This document shows, piece after piece, positions 1 through 6,930 of a stretch of 32,000 bases of DNA; within the stretch, counting starts at the first letter, position 1; each line of letters begins with the position of its first letter. The position numbers were made by a program, and so were the translations under genes. This DNA is from Nitrosococcus oceani ATCC 19707 (GTDB lineage Bacteria > Pseudomonadota > Gammaproteobacteria > Nitrosococcales > Nitrosococcaceae). The stretch lies in the NCBI RefSeq assembly GCF_000012805.1, contig NC_007484.1, positions 90,001-122,000 of the forward strand, given 5' to 3'. A model generated the notes under the pieces. It saw only the letters and a program-made list of their open reading frames with translations, had not been told where the DNA came from and did no database searches.

Positions 1-63
1 TGCCTACGGCGGCCTCTGAGCTCAAGCGTTCGCGCCGCTGCGCATCGCGAACAACCGTTCGAC
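1..63 (+). repeat. attC-like site, 3' portion (cut by the window edge)
   Basis: Contains CCGCTGCGC, shared with the site at 2901-2957. Ends GAACAACCGTTCGAC, comparable to the ...AACTCAAGCGTTAGAT end of classical attC. The SIMPL gene starts 85 nt downstream. Confidence 0.3.
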
Positions 64-147
64 TGGCAGAACCTCCTGCATCATCAGATGCCGCACACCT
101 ATTACCTAGGAGAACCCGCCAGTCAATTCCCCGATAAGGAGATATTA

Positions 148-867
148 ATGACGGAATCAAATAAAAGTAATGCGATCGTGCTTGGCGTTTGTCTAATTAT
201 AGCCTTATCCTCTCTCGGCTATCTTCTTGGTAATGCCGCTATTAGATTTAAGGAGTACGAGCGAACAGTTACCGTAAAAGGACTATCGGAAAGGGAATAT
301 AGTGCAGATATCGTAATCTGGCCCATCCAGTTCAGTACCGCAAGTAATGATCTCGAAGAGATGTATAGATCCATAGATGCAAGCACTGAAAAGATAAAAT
401 CGTTTCTTGAAAGCGCTGGCGTTAATGCTGATGAAATCTCATATTCATTGCCTGCGATCACCGATAAGTCAGCGCAACAGTATGGTAATCAAGCTAAATC
501 TGAATTCAGATATACCGCCTCCCAAACAGTAACCGTTTATTCCAAAAACATTAATGTGGTGCGAGACGTTATGGGAAATATGTCTGATTTAGGAAAGCGG
601 GGAATTGTATTTACTGGCGGTGATTATCAATCACAAACTGAATATATTTTTACACGCCTAAATCAGGTGAAGCCTGAAATGATCGAAGAGGCGACAAGGA
701 AGGCCCGTGAAGTTGCAGAGAAATTTGCCGCCGATTCTAAAAGTACTTTAGGAAAGATTAAATCCGCCTCTCAAGGGCAATTTAGTATTAGTGCCAGGGA
801 TAAGAACAATCCTCATATTAAAAAAGTGAGGGTGGTTTCAACAGTTGCTTACTATCTTTCAGACTAA
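148..867 (+). CDS. SIMPL (DUF541) family periplasmic/membrane-anchored protein
   Basis: ATG at 148 is preceded by AAGGAG (136-141). It has an N-terminal TM/signal segment (AIVLGVCLIIALSSLGYLL). TVTVKGLSERE..., IKPEMIEEATRKAREVAEKFA and VRVVSTVAYYLSD match my memory of SIMPL proteins. The ORF-track start at 88 lacks an RBS. Confidence 0.78.
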   Translation: MTESNKSNAIVLGVCLIIALSSLGYLLGNAAIRFKEYERTVTVKGLSEREYSADIVIWPIQFSTASNDLEEMYRSIDASTEKIKSFLESAGVNADEISYSLPAITDKSAQQYGNQAKSEFRYTASQTVTVYSKNINVVRDVMGNMSDLGKRGIVFTGGDYQSQTEYIFTRLNQVKPEMIEEATRKAREVAEKFAADSKSTLGKIKSASQGQFSISARDKNNPHIKKVRVVSTVAYYLSD

Positions 868-877
868 TTAAATTTAA

Positions 878-953
878 GCATAACAAGAGCATGCAGATGG
901 ACACAGTGCCCGCTGAGCGTGCCCTGCGCCGCTGATGCCGGACGCTGAGGGAT
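878..953 (+). repeat. attC-like site after the SIMPL cassette, non-canonical 3' end
   Basis: GCATAACAAGAGCATGCAGATGG...GCGCCGCTGATGCCGGACGCTGAGGGATC. It shares GCAGATG with 2901-2957 and GCCGGACGC with 3947-4012. It ends GAGGGATC rather than GTTRRRY and abuts the transposase remnant. Confidence 0.4.
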
Positions 954-963
954 CCCCACAAAA

Positions 964-1368
964 CTACGCCAAATTCCGTTCACGCACATAATCTGGGAAT
1001 GATTCCCAGGACTGAATCAAGTCAGTACAGTTAATTGGGTAATCAGGTTGCCTGATGAGGGCGGCAGCAAGAAACAAAATGGATAGGACGTTACGATCAC
1101 GTACGGTGTTGGCTTGGAAATGGCGGTGCCATTGGTTGCGCTTGGCATGGCAGCCAATCCACCATAGACATCATGTGGCCAGTGCACCCATCAAAAGGAG
1201 GAGATTGAGTCGTTCGATATTCTTCGAACAACTGATGGTAATACCGAATCCGTATTTATCACTCTTTAAATCATGGAAATACTCCTCGATAAAGGCCAAC
1301 CTTGGATCAACACCATTATCAGTTGCGATAAACAATCCAACCGGGCTTGATGCCAGGGCAAAAAGCGC
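964..1368 (-). pseudogene. DDE transposase C-terminal remnant (IS4/IS5-like) with an in-frame TGA
   Basis: The minus-strand frame reads ...DPRLAFIEEYFHDLKSDKYGFGITISCSKNIERLNLLLLMGALAT*CLWWIGC...HFQANTVRDRNVLS... The R..E......K/LKS-GF and ERL..LL..ALA pattern is typical of DDE_Tnp_1 C-termini. An internal stop lies at 1171-1173 and no N-terminal catalytic part is present. Confidence 0.5.
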
Positions 1369-1383
1369 TTAAGTTCTCGGGCA

Positions 1384-1466
1384 AGTACATGAGCCGTGTT
1401 CATCAGTTCGTGATCCAGGTTCGTTTAGTCTCGGACCTGCTATCATAGCTCTACGGCTCATGTACT
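1384..1466. repeat. Perfect 14-bp inverted repeat (AGTACATGAGCCGT / ACGGCTCATGTACT) with a 55-nt spacer
   Basis: Read directly: arms at 1384-1397 and 1453-1466. The spacer has a nested 5-bp stem (CAGGT/ACCTG). It lies next to the truncation point of the DDE remnant. Confidence 0.8.
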
Positions 1467-1709
1467 ACACAAACCATAACTGACTGACCATACTAATAAT
1501 ATCTCGGTTTTGCACCGTACTAAGGAAAAACCTTATGAAGGTAAGCACAAACGCCGGGTTTCAGGATCCGGCGGCGGTATTTGCAAACCCAAACCACATG
1601 CATATTGCAATCGATAAGCGCTGTGCCCGGTAGTAATGACTTCCATAAGCCCACAACATACCGCCGCTAGGCTCATTATCCACGGCTAAACCCGTGGTGT
1701 TCTGCCAGT

Positions 1710-1727
1710 CAACTCCCCGATTAGGCG
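1710..1727 (+). repeat. attC 3' half-site immediately upstream of nirK
   Basis: CAACTCCCCGATTAGGCG is identical (18/18) to the 3' end of the attC-like site at 5026-5043. The 5' half has been replaced by unrelated sequence. Confidence 0.45.
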
Positions 1728-1777
1728 TTTGAGTATCCCTTTTGTTTAAATTTTTTAATTTACCTAGGAGATAAAGA

Positions 1778-2896
1778 ATGAAAAAGTTAATAAAGTATTT
1801 TGCTTTCTATCTAGCGACATTTTCATCGGTTTTGTATGCTGATGGAGAAGCATCATCTTATATTGCTAATATTGGCACCCATGCAAACTTAAAAGATCTA
1901 GAAAGAGTGAGGCAGGAATTAGTTGCGCCGCCACATTTGCCTGATCATCAACAAGCCTATTCTGGAAAGCCTCGAATTGTAGAAATAGAAATGGTCATTG
2001 AGGAAAAAGAGGTGGAAATAGAACCCAATGTTTTTGTTCAAGCAATGACCTTCAATGGTACCAATCCAGGGCCTATTATTGTTGTTCATGAGGGTGATTA
2101 CGTCGAGTTAACACTTAAAAACCTTGATACAAACATGTTGTTACATAATATCGATTTTCATCCTGCAACAGGTGCATTGGGTGGTGGCGCGCTTACTAAG
2201 GTGGCTCCTGGTCAGCAAGTAACATTACGATTCAAAGCAGATAAAGCTGGAACTTATGTCTATCACTGTGCTCCAGGCGGGCTAATGACTCCTTACCATG
2301 TTGTTTCAGGTATGTACGGCGCGATAATGATTTTTCCAAAAAAAGGTTTAAGAGATCAAAATGGGAAAAAGGTTACCTATGACAAGGCTTATTATGTTGG
2401 TGAGCAAGGTTGGTATATTCCAAAAGATAAAAATGGAAAGTACAAACGATACGCAAATGCAATAGAACCTTATGGTGATACTTTAGAGGTTATGCGGGGA
2501 CTTGTTCCAACACACGTCACATACAATGGGTCGAAAGGCGCTTTAACGGGAGACAATGCAATGAAGGCCAAGGTTGGTGATTCAGTCTTGTTTATTCATT
2601 CGCAAGCCAATGAAGATTCCCGTATTCACTTAATTGGCGGACACGGAGACCTAGTTTGGCCAGGTGGCTCTTTTAAGAATACTCCTATGGTTGACAAGGA
2701 AACATGGCATGTAAATGGTGGAGAATCCGTCGCTGCACTTTACACATTTAAACAGCCAGGGCTTTATGCTTATCTCAATCATAATTTGATTCAAGCGTTT
2801 ATGCTTGGCGGCGCTGCTCATGTGAAGGTAGATGGTGAGTGGAATAATGATCTAATGGAACAAGTTGTTAAGCCTAGTCCTATTAATGCAGATTGA
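1778..2896 (+). CDS. nirK: Copper-containing nitrite reductase (NirK), Sec-type signal peptide
   Basis: GGAG RBS at 1769-1772. The protein aligns by eye along its length with AfNiR-type NirK: HNIDFH (T1 His, catalytic Asp, T2 His), [18 protein letters not shown] (T2 His, T1 Cys, T1 His, T1 Met), [11 protein letters not shown] (catalytic His) and [12 protein letters not shown] (T2 His). GC is about 38%, against about 50-55% in the core part of the window. Confidence 0.93.
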   Translation: MKKLIKYFAFYLATFSSVLYADGEASSYIANIGTHANLKDLERVRQELVAPPHLPDHQQAYSGKPRIVEIEMVIEEKEVEIEPNVFVQAMTFNGTNPGPIIVVHEGDYVELTLKNLDTNMLLHNIDFHPATGALGGGALTKVAPGQQVTLRFKADKAGTYVYHCAPGGLMTPYHVVSGMYGAIMIFPKKGLRDQNGKKVTYDKAYYVGEQGWYIPKDKNGKYKRYANAIEPYGDTLEVMRGLVPTHVTYNGSKGALTGDNAMKAKVGDSVLFIHSQANEDSRIHLIGGHGDLVWPGGSFKNTPMVDKETWHVNGGESVAALYTFKQPGLYAYLNHNLIQAFMLGGAAHVKVDGEWNNDLMEQVVKPSPINAD

Positions 2897-2900
2897 TACA

Positions 2901-2957
2901 CCTAACAAGAAGAGGCAGCAGATGCTCTGCACCGCTGCGCGGCGTGAATCGGAGATA
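2901..2957 (+). repeat. attC-like site after nirK, non-canonical 3' end
   Basis: CCTAACAAGAAGAGGCAGCAGATGCTCTGCACCGCTGCGCGGCGTGAATCGGAGATA begins 5 nt after the nirK stop. It ends CGGAGAT, where the classical site has CGTTAGAT. Confidence 0.4.
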
Positions 2958-3251
2958 CTGCCATATGAAATTGGCAATGCACTATCTATCATGATCAAAC
3001 GAAAACGGCTTACCCATAATGAAGCACTGTCAGCGTTTAAAATAACGAGCCTGATTCACGTAAGGCTTGTTGCTATTGACATTCAGCAGGCATTAAAACT
3101 GGCATTTGAATTTAATATCTATGCTTATGGTGCGTACTTTTTGCAGTGCGCTCAGTCCTTATCGTGTCCGCTAATTACACTGAATAAACGCATGAAACAA
3201 GTTTCTGTCCAGGACATTCTGAATGCAATCCGAGACTCTAGAAAGGGCTAA
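2955..3251 (+). pseudogene. vapC: 5'-truncated PIN-domain (VapC-like) toxin fragment
   Basis: ILPYEIGNALS..KRKRLTHNEALSAF......LVAIDIQQALKLAFEFNIYAYGAYFLQCAQSLSCPLITLNKRM follows the C-terminal two thirds of VapC. The N-terminal Asp-containing strand is absent. No antitoxin lies upstream. Confidence 0.6.
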
Positions 3252-3314
3252 CAAAGCGCTCTAGCCGGCCAAAAATCTCTAAATCTCTGCGCGCTTCTTA
3301 GCCGGCTGGAGATC
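3247..3314 (+). repeat. attC-like site after the vapC fragment
   Basis: GCTAACAAAGCG (contains the TAA stop) is followed by CTCTAGCCGGCC (3259-3270). That pairs 10/12 with AGCCGGCTGGAG (3300-3311). The site ends GGAGATC. Confidence 0.45.
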
Positions 3315-3368
3315 AAAAAACAAGCGCTACATAACAAAATACCCAACATGCTTGTGGTTAAAGAATCA

Positions 3369-3422
3369 GCATAACAAAAATAAGGGATACCTATATATTG
3401 TTGCCTATCTTGTTTTTATCCG
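3369..3422 (+). repeat. Short attC-like imperfect palindrome with no ORF
   Basis: GCATAACAAAAATAAGGGATACC...GCCTATCTTGTTTTTATCCG. The outer arms are roughly complementary (CATAACAAAAATAAGG vs CTTGTTTTTAT). Another ACATAACAAAA box lies at 3329. Confidence 0.3.
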
Positions 3423-3438
3423 CTACTAGATTACCACC

Positions 3439-3750
3439 ATGACACAAGCGCGTTCGATTCAAATCAGCCTCGTCGATACGCCGTACTACCACCGCCTCGC
3501 CCGTTGTGTGCGCCGTGCATTCCTGTACGGCGTCGATGACTTCTCCGGTCGCAATTACGAACACCGCCGCCCATGGATTGTTGACAAGCTCAGGAGCTTA
3601 TCGTCCGTATTCACTATGGACATCTGCGCCTACGCCCTGATGAACTATCACTCCCATGCCGTGCGGGTCGATGAAGACACGGCGGGGCGCTGGGAAGAGG
3701 ACGACGTTATGGAACGCTGGAGCACTTTGTTTAGCACACCGGAGAAATAA
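3439..3750 (+). pseudogene. HUH/Y1 (IS200-like, COG1943-type) transposase-like gene, N-terminal third only
   Basis: MTQARSIQISL.DTPYYH...RCVRRAFLYG.D.FSG.NYEHRR.W...L..L..VF...ICAYALMNYHSHAV matches my memory of the roughly 320-aa family, including the HUH box (HSH). Homology stops where AT-rich unrelated sequence starts at about 3750. Confidence 0.62.
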
Positions 3751-3946
3751 AACTAAATTTGTTCGTATTATTGAAGAGACCACAAAGTTAAAATCATGCG
3801 AGATAGGCAATTTTCATGACTTGGATTTTATGTATCCAGATTCTGAAAGCGCGTATAGTATATTGCAGTCAGCAGGTGCAGATTTAATAGCTGATCCAGT
3901 TGGCGTGGCAATGGATGATTAGTATCGTAAGCGAAGCATAAAAAAC

Positions 3947-4012
3947 GCATAACAAACACATTAAATTCGCTCCCTTTGGTCGCCGGACGCCCGCTAGCTA
4001 GCGTCGTTTATG
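3947..4012 (+). repeat. attC-like site upstream of the ZIP gene
   Basis: GCATAACAAACAC...GTCGCCGGACGCCCGCTAGCTAGCGTCGTTTATG. The outer boxes CATAACA and GTTTATG are near-complementary. It follows the stop (3920-3922) of an unassignable ORF fragment. Confidence 0.4.
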
Positions 4013-4033
4013 GGGGCATTATACCTAATAGAT

Positions 4034-4753
4034 ATGCCTGAATACGTCTACATCATATTGTTATCGCTTCTCGCTGGGGCTGCTATGCCGGTTGGGGCTT
4101 TGCTTGCTCGCCTTGATGTTATGCATCCCGCATTTTTGAGGCAAAAGTCTCGGCAGTTTATGGTTGCTTTCGGCGGTGGCGCGCTTATATCTGCTGTGGC
4201 ACTCGTCTTAGTGCCTGATGGGGCCAGTAAACTATCACCTTTAACTGCAGCCTTATGTTTCGGAGCGGGAGGAGTTTTCTTCTACCTCCTCGATATGCTT
4301 TTAAATCAACTAAAAAGCTCAGCCGGTCAGCTAGTTGCCATGCTTTCCGATTTTATTCCGGAAGCTATTGCCCTCGGAGCCGCTTTCGCCGTTGGTGAGA
4401 GCACTGGTTTGATTTTAGCGTTGCTTATGGTTTTACAAAATCTCCCCGAGGGGTTTAATGCATACGAGGAATTAGAAAATTCTGCCAAATTAGCCCCGAA
4501 CAAAATACTAATGGCGTTCGCCAGTTTAGCTCTTGCAGGCCCTGTCTCCGCACTCACTGGGTATTTCGTTCTTGCAGAGTCGCACCAATTTGTAGCGGGA
4601 TTAATGCTATTCGCCAGTGCAGGCATTCTTTATTTGGTTTTTCAAGATATTGCTCCCGAGTCCAAAGCAAAAAACAGTGGTTTTCCAGCACTTGGAGCAG
4701 TCGCAGGGTTTATGCTTGGTCTAGTGGGCAACATGCTAATCGTTCCTGCTTAG
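4034..4753 (+). CDS. ZIP (ZupT/GufA-like) divalent-metal transporter
   Basis: Polytopic membrane protein with the LQNLPEG (HNxPEG-type) and DFIPEAIALG motifs of ZIP TM4/TM5. I prefer the ATG at 4034, because the ATG at 4010 lies inside the attC-like GTTTATG box. The start is uncertain. Confidence 0.82.
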   Translation: MPEYVYIILLSLLAGAAMPVGALLARLDVMHPAFLRQKSRQFMVAFGGGALISAVALVLVPDGASKLSPLTAALCFGAGGVFFYLLDMLLNQLKSSAGQLVAMLSDFIPEAIALGAAFAVGESTGLILALLMVLQNLPEGFNAYEELENSAKLAPNKILMAFASLALAGPVSALTGYFVLAESHQFVAGLMLFASAGILYLVFQDIAPESKAKNSGFPALGAVAGFMLGLVGNMLIVPA

Positions 4754-4780
4754 GTATAACGCCTGCCTTCAGCCGGCCCA
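4754..4780 (+). repeat. attC 5' half-site after the ZIP gene (3' half missing)
   Basis: GTATAACGCCTGCCTTCAGCCGGCCC begins 1 nt after the stop. It shares the (T/C)AGCCGGCC arm with 3259-3270. No complementary arm follows. Confidence 0.35.
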
Positions 4781-4798
4781 CTTTCCGCTACTTCCCTT

Positions 4799-4987
4799 CG
4801 GTCATTCGCTCCAAGCAGTATTGCCTTTGCACTGCCCTATTACCTGCAACTGCTTGATTGGACCGGCCGGGCGGTGCATGAGGACAGGCACGGTGCGCGA
4901 TTCCCGCCGATGTGCAGCCGAACGCTTGCAGGCGATGGGACAGCTATTTTGGTCTATACTCAGAATGTAGGCAAACCGCATAGGTAG
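4799..4987 (+). pseudogene. C-terminal fragment of the same HUH/Y1 transposase-like family
   Basis: ...ALPYYLQLLDWTGRAVHEDRHGA... matches the remembered DYLELVDWTGR..REDKRGAI block. Downstream, the expected IP..LPPILERL continues in another frame (IPADVQP / ERLQAMGQ), so the fragment is frameshifted. Confidence 0.45.
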
Positions 4988-4988
4988 C

Positions 4989-5043
4989 TGTTCTAACTCA
5001 GCGCCTCTCCGTGCGGGGTGCCGCTCAACTCCCCGATTAGGCG
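4989..5043 (+). repeat. attC-like site (best match to the classical aadA-type architecture)
   Basis: GTTCTAACTCAGCGCC...GCCGCTCAACTCCCCGATTAGGCG, compared with classical GTCTAACAATTCG...GCGGCTTAACTCAAGCGTTAGAT. The core CTCCGTGCGGGGTGCCGCTCAAC recurs at 6934-6956. Confidence 0.6.
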
Positions 5044-5114
5044 GCTGCGCGGAGCTTGAACCCAAAATTCCTGAATAGCTTATCGTAGTATTGTGAGAGT
5101 AAAAGGAGATTGAC

Positions 5115-5894
5115 ATGAGCATTAACGGAAAAGTCGCCCTGATCACAGGCGCAGGACAGGGCATCGGACGGGCGATTGCGTTACGTCTGGCCAACGACGG
5201 CGCGGACATCGCCATCGTAGATCTTAACGAAGAGAAAATGGGAGCTGTCGCCGACGAAGTGCGGGCGGCGGGTCGCAAGGCCACCACATTCAAAGCCGAT
5301 GTATCAAAGCGGAATGAGGTTTACGCCGCCGTTGACCACGCTGAAAAGGAACTTGGCGGCTTCGACATCATCGTTAACAATGCGGGTATCGCTACTATCC
5401 AATCCATCGCCGAGGTCACGCCCGAAGAAGTCGAAAAAATCTTCAAGGTCAATATTGAGGGCGTTTTGTGGGGCATTCAGGCCGCAGGCGCGAAGTTCAA
5501 GGAGCGCGAACAGAAAGGTAAAATCATCAACGCAGCATCCATCGCGGGCCATGAAAGCATGCCTCTGCTGGGCGTTTATTCGGCGACTAAGTTCGCCGTT
5601 CGTGCCCTGACGCAGGCGGCGGCCAAAGAGTTTGCGAGCGATGGGATCACAGTCAATGCTTACTGTCCCGGCATAGTCGGCACCGACATGTGGGTCGAAA
5701 TCGATCGGCGCATGGCAGAAATCACGGGAGCCAAAATCGGTGAAAACTATGACAGATACGTCGGCGACATTGCTCTTGGTCGGGCGCAGACGCCCGAAGA
5801 TGTGGCATCTTTCGTTTCCTATCTGGCGGGGCCGGATTCGGATTACATGACTGGACAAGCTCCCTTGATTGACGGTGGCCTTGTTTATCGTTGA
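5115..5894 (+). CDS. budC: Acetoin (diacetyl) reductase / meso-2,3-butanediol dehydrogenase, classical SDR
   Basis: AAGGAG RBS at 5101-5106. [16 protein letters not shown] and YSATKFAVR (YxxxK) are present. Similarity to Klebsiella BudC runs nearly end to end as I recall it ([45 protein letters not shown]). GC is about 57%. Confidence 0.88.
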   Translation: MSINGKVALITGAGQGIGRAIALRLANDGADIAIVDLNEEKMGAVADEVRAAGRKATTFKADVSKRNEVYAAVDHAEKELGGFDIIVNNAGIATIQSIAEVTPEEVEKIFKVNIEGVLWGIQAAGAKFKEREQKGKIINAASIAGHESMPLLGVYSATKFAVRALTQAAAKEFASDGITVNAYCPGIVGTDMWVEIDRRMAEITGAKIGENYDRYVGDIALGRAQTPEDVASFVSYLAGPDSDYMTGQAPLIDGGLVYR

Positions 5895-5969
5895 GTTTGA
5901 ATGCCGCGTTCTGCAAAGCAAGAACGTTCGTCGAACCTAAAATAAAAATTTTTTAACGAGAAAATTTAT

Positions 5970-6542
5970 ATGATTAAAATTGCGGTTATTATCGGTAGCA
6001 CCCGTCCGAAGCGTGTGGGCGAATCCGTCGCGCGCTGGGTTTATGACATCGCCGTGCAGCGCAGCGATGCCGAGTTCGAGCTGGTTGATCTCAAGGAGTT
6101 CGACCTGCCGCTGCTCGATGAGCCAGTGCCGCCTTCGATGGGGCAGTACTCCCAGCCGCACACTAAAGCATGGGCGGCCAAAGTCGCGTCCTTCGATGCC
6201 TATGTTTTCGTGACGCCCGAATACAATCACGGTACACCGGGCGCACTCAAAAATGCGCTTGATTTTGTCTATGCCGAGTGGAACAACAAAGCAGCAGGTT
6301 TCGTGAGTTACGGCAGCGCCGGGGGTGCGCGAGCAGTGGAACAACTCAGGTTGGTAGCAAGCGAATTGCAAATGGCTCACGTCCGCAATCAAGTGATGTT
6401 CTCGTTTTTCACCGACTTCCAAAACATGAGCGAGTTCACGCCGCACGAGCGTCATCAAAAATCGGTTGATGATATGCTGGATCAACTCATTGCTTGGGGT
6501 GGCGTGTTGAAAACCCTCCGTGAAAACGCAAAGGCTAAGTGA
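5970..6542 (+). CDS. NAD(P)H-dependent FMN reductase family oxidoreductase
   Basis: MIKIAVIIGSTRP.R.G..VA.WV, FVTPEYNHG.PG.LKNALD and NK.AGFVSYG are typical of the PF03358 flavodoxin-like reductases. Confidence 0.85.
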   Translation: MIKIAVIIGSTRPKRVGESVARWVYDIAVQRSDAEFELVDLKEFDLPLLDEPVPPSMGQYSQPHTKAWAAKVASFDAYVFVTPEYNHGTPGALKNALDFVYAEWNNKAAGFVSYGSAGGARAVEQLRLVASELQMAHVRNQVMFSFFTDFQNMSEFTPHERHQKSVDDMLDQLIAWGGVLKTLRENAKAK

Positions 6543-6593
6543 TGTTTCTTCATAATTCCGACTAACTAAAGTCCCGGCCCGATTGACACTGGG

Positions 6594-6930
6594 ATGAAAA
6601 TTGCTCACGCGCATTTAAAAGTCGCCACTTTGTAACGCGCGCTGGATTTCTACTGCGGAGTACTTAGCTTAGAGTTGACTCAACGCTTCGGATCACAAGC
6701 GGCATTTGTTTTGGCGGGCGGCTATCATCATCATATCGAGCTGAACACATGGGAAAGCGCGGGTGGCTTGCTGCCGTCTGCTGGCACCCCTGGACCTTTT
6801 ATCAGTTGGCGATTTTATATCCGACGCCTGGCGTGCTGCTGGCGAATGTTCGGCGCCGCGTACTGGTAGCTGGATTCAACTGAATGGTGTCGGCGGTCAC
6901 GGCGTTAGCGAAGCCTTATATCTGAACGGC
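6594..6930 (+). pseudogene. Glyoxalase/VOC-family gene, frameshifted and 3'-truncated
   Basis: Homologous blocks lie in different frames: MKIAHAHLKVATL* (6594), then LTQRFGSQAAFVLAGGYHHHIELNTWESAGG (frame of ORF 6675), then GHGVSEALYLNGP (frame of ORF 6763). The expected C-terminal ~40 aa are replaced by the attC-like site. Confidence 0.7.

Noticed and set aside
1055-1372. 105-codon + strand ORF
   Set aside because: It lies antisense to a much more convincing DDE-transposase remnant frame. It has no RBS and its sequence is low-complexity and Arg/Trp-rich.
2865-3251. Full 128-codon ORF as an intact gene
   Set aside because: Its first ~30 codons overlap the nirK 3' end and read straight through the attC-like repeat. 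Only the part from about 2955 has PIN-domain similarity, so I call it a truncated fragment.
3656-3922. 88-codon ORF spanning the transposase fragment and AT-rich DNA
   Set aside because: It is chimeric. Its 5' part is an alternative frame of the HUH transposase fragment. Only the AT-rich tail (about 3751-3922) might be the 3' end of a lost cassette gene, and I cannot assign that tail.
4802-5293. 163-codon minus-strand ORF
   Set aside because: It runs antisense across the budC 5' end, the attC-like site and the transposase C-terminal fragment. This is a typical GC-rich antisense artefact.
5895-5969. Hairpin CGTTC-TGC-AAA-GCA-A-GAACG after budC as a possible attC
   Set aside because: It has only a single short stem, with no YTAAC 5' box and no GTTRRRY 3' box. 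It is more likely a simple terminator-like hairpin.
5304-6614. Long minus-strand ORFs (5304-5921, 5937-6614) and nested + strand ORFs (5299-5610, 5980-6213, 6278-6469)
   Set aside because: They are antisense or out of frame relative to budC and the FMN reductase, which have clear family motifs. High GC suppresses stop codons.
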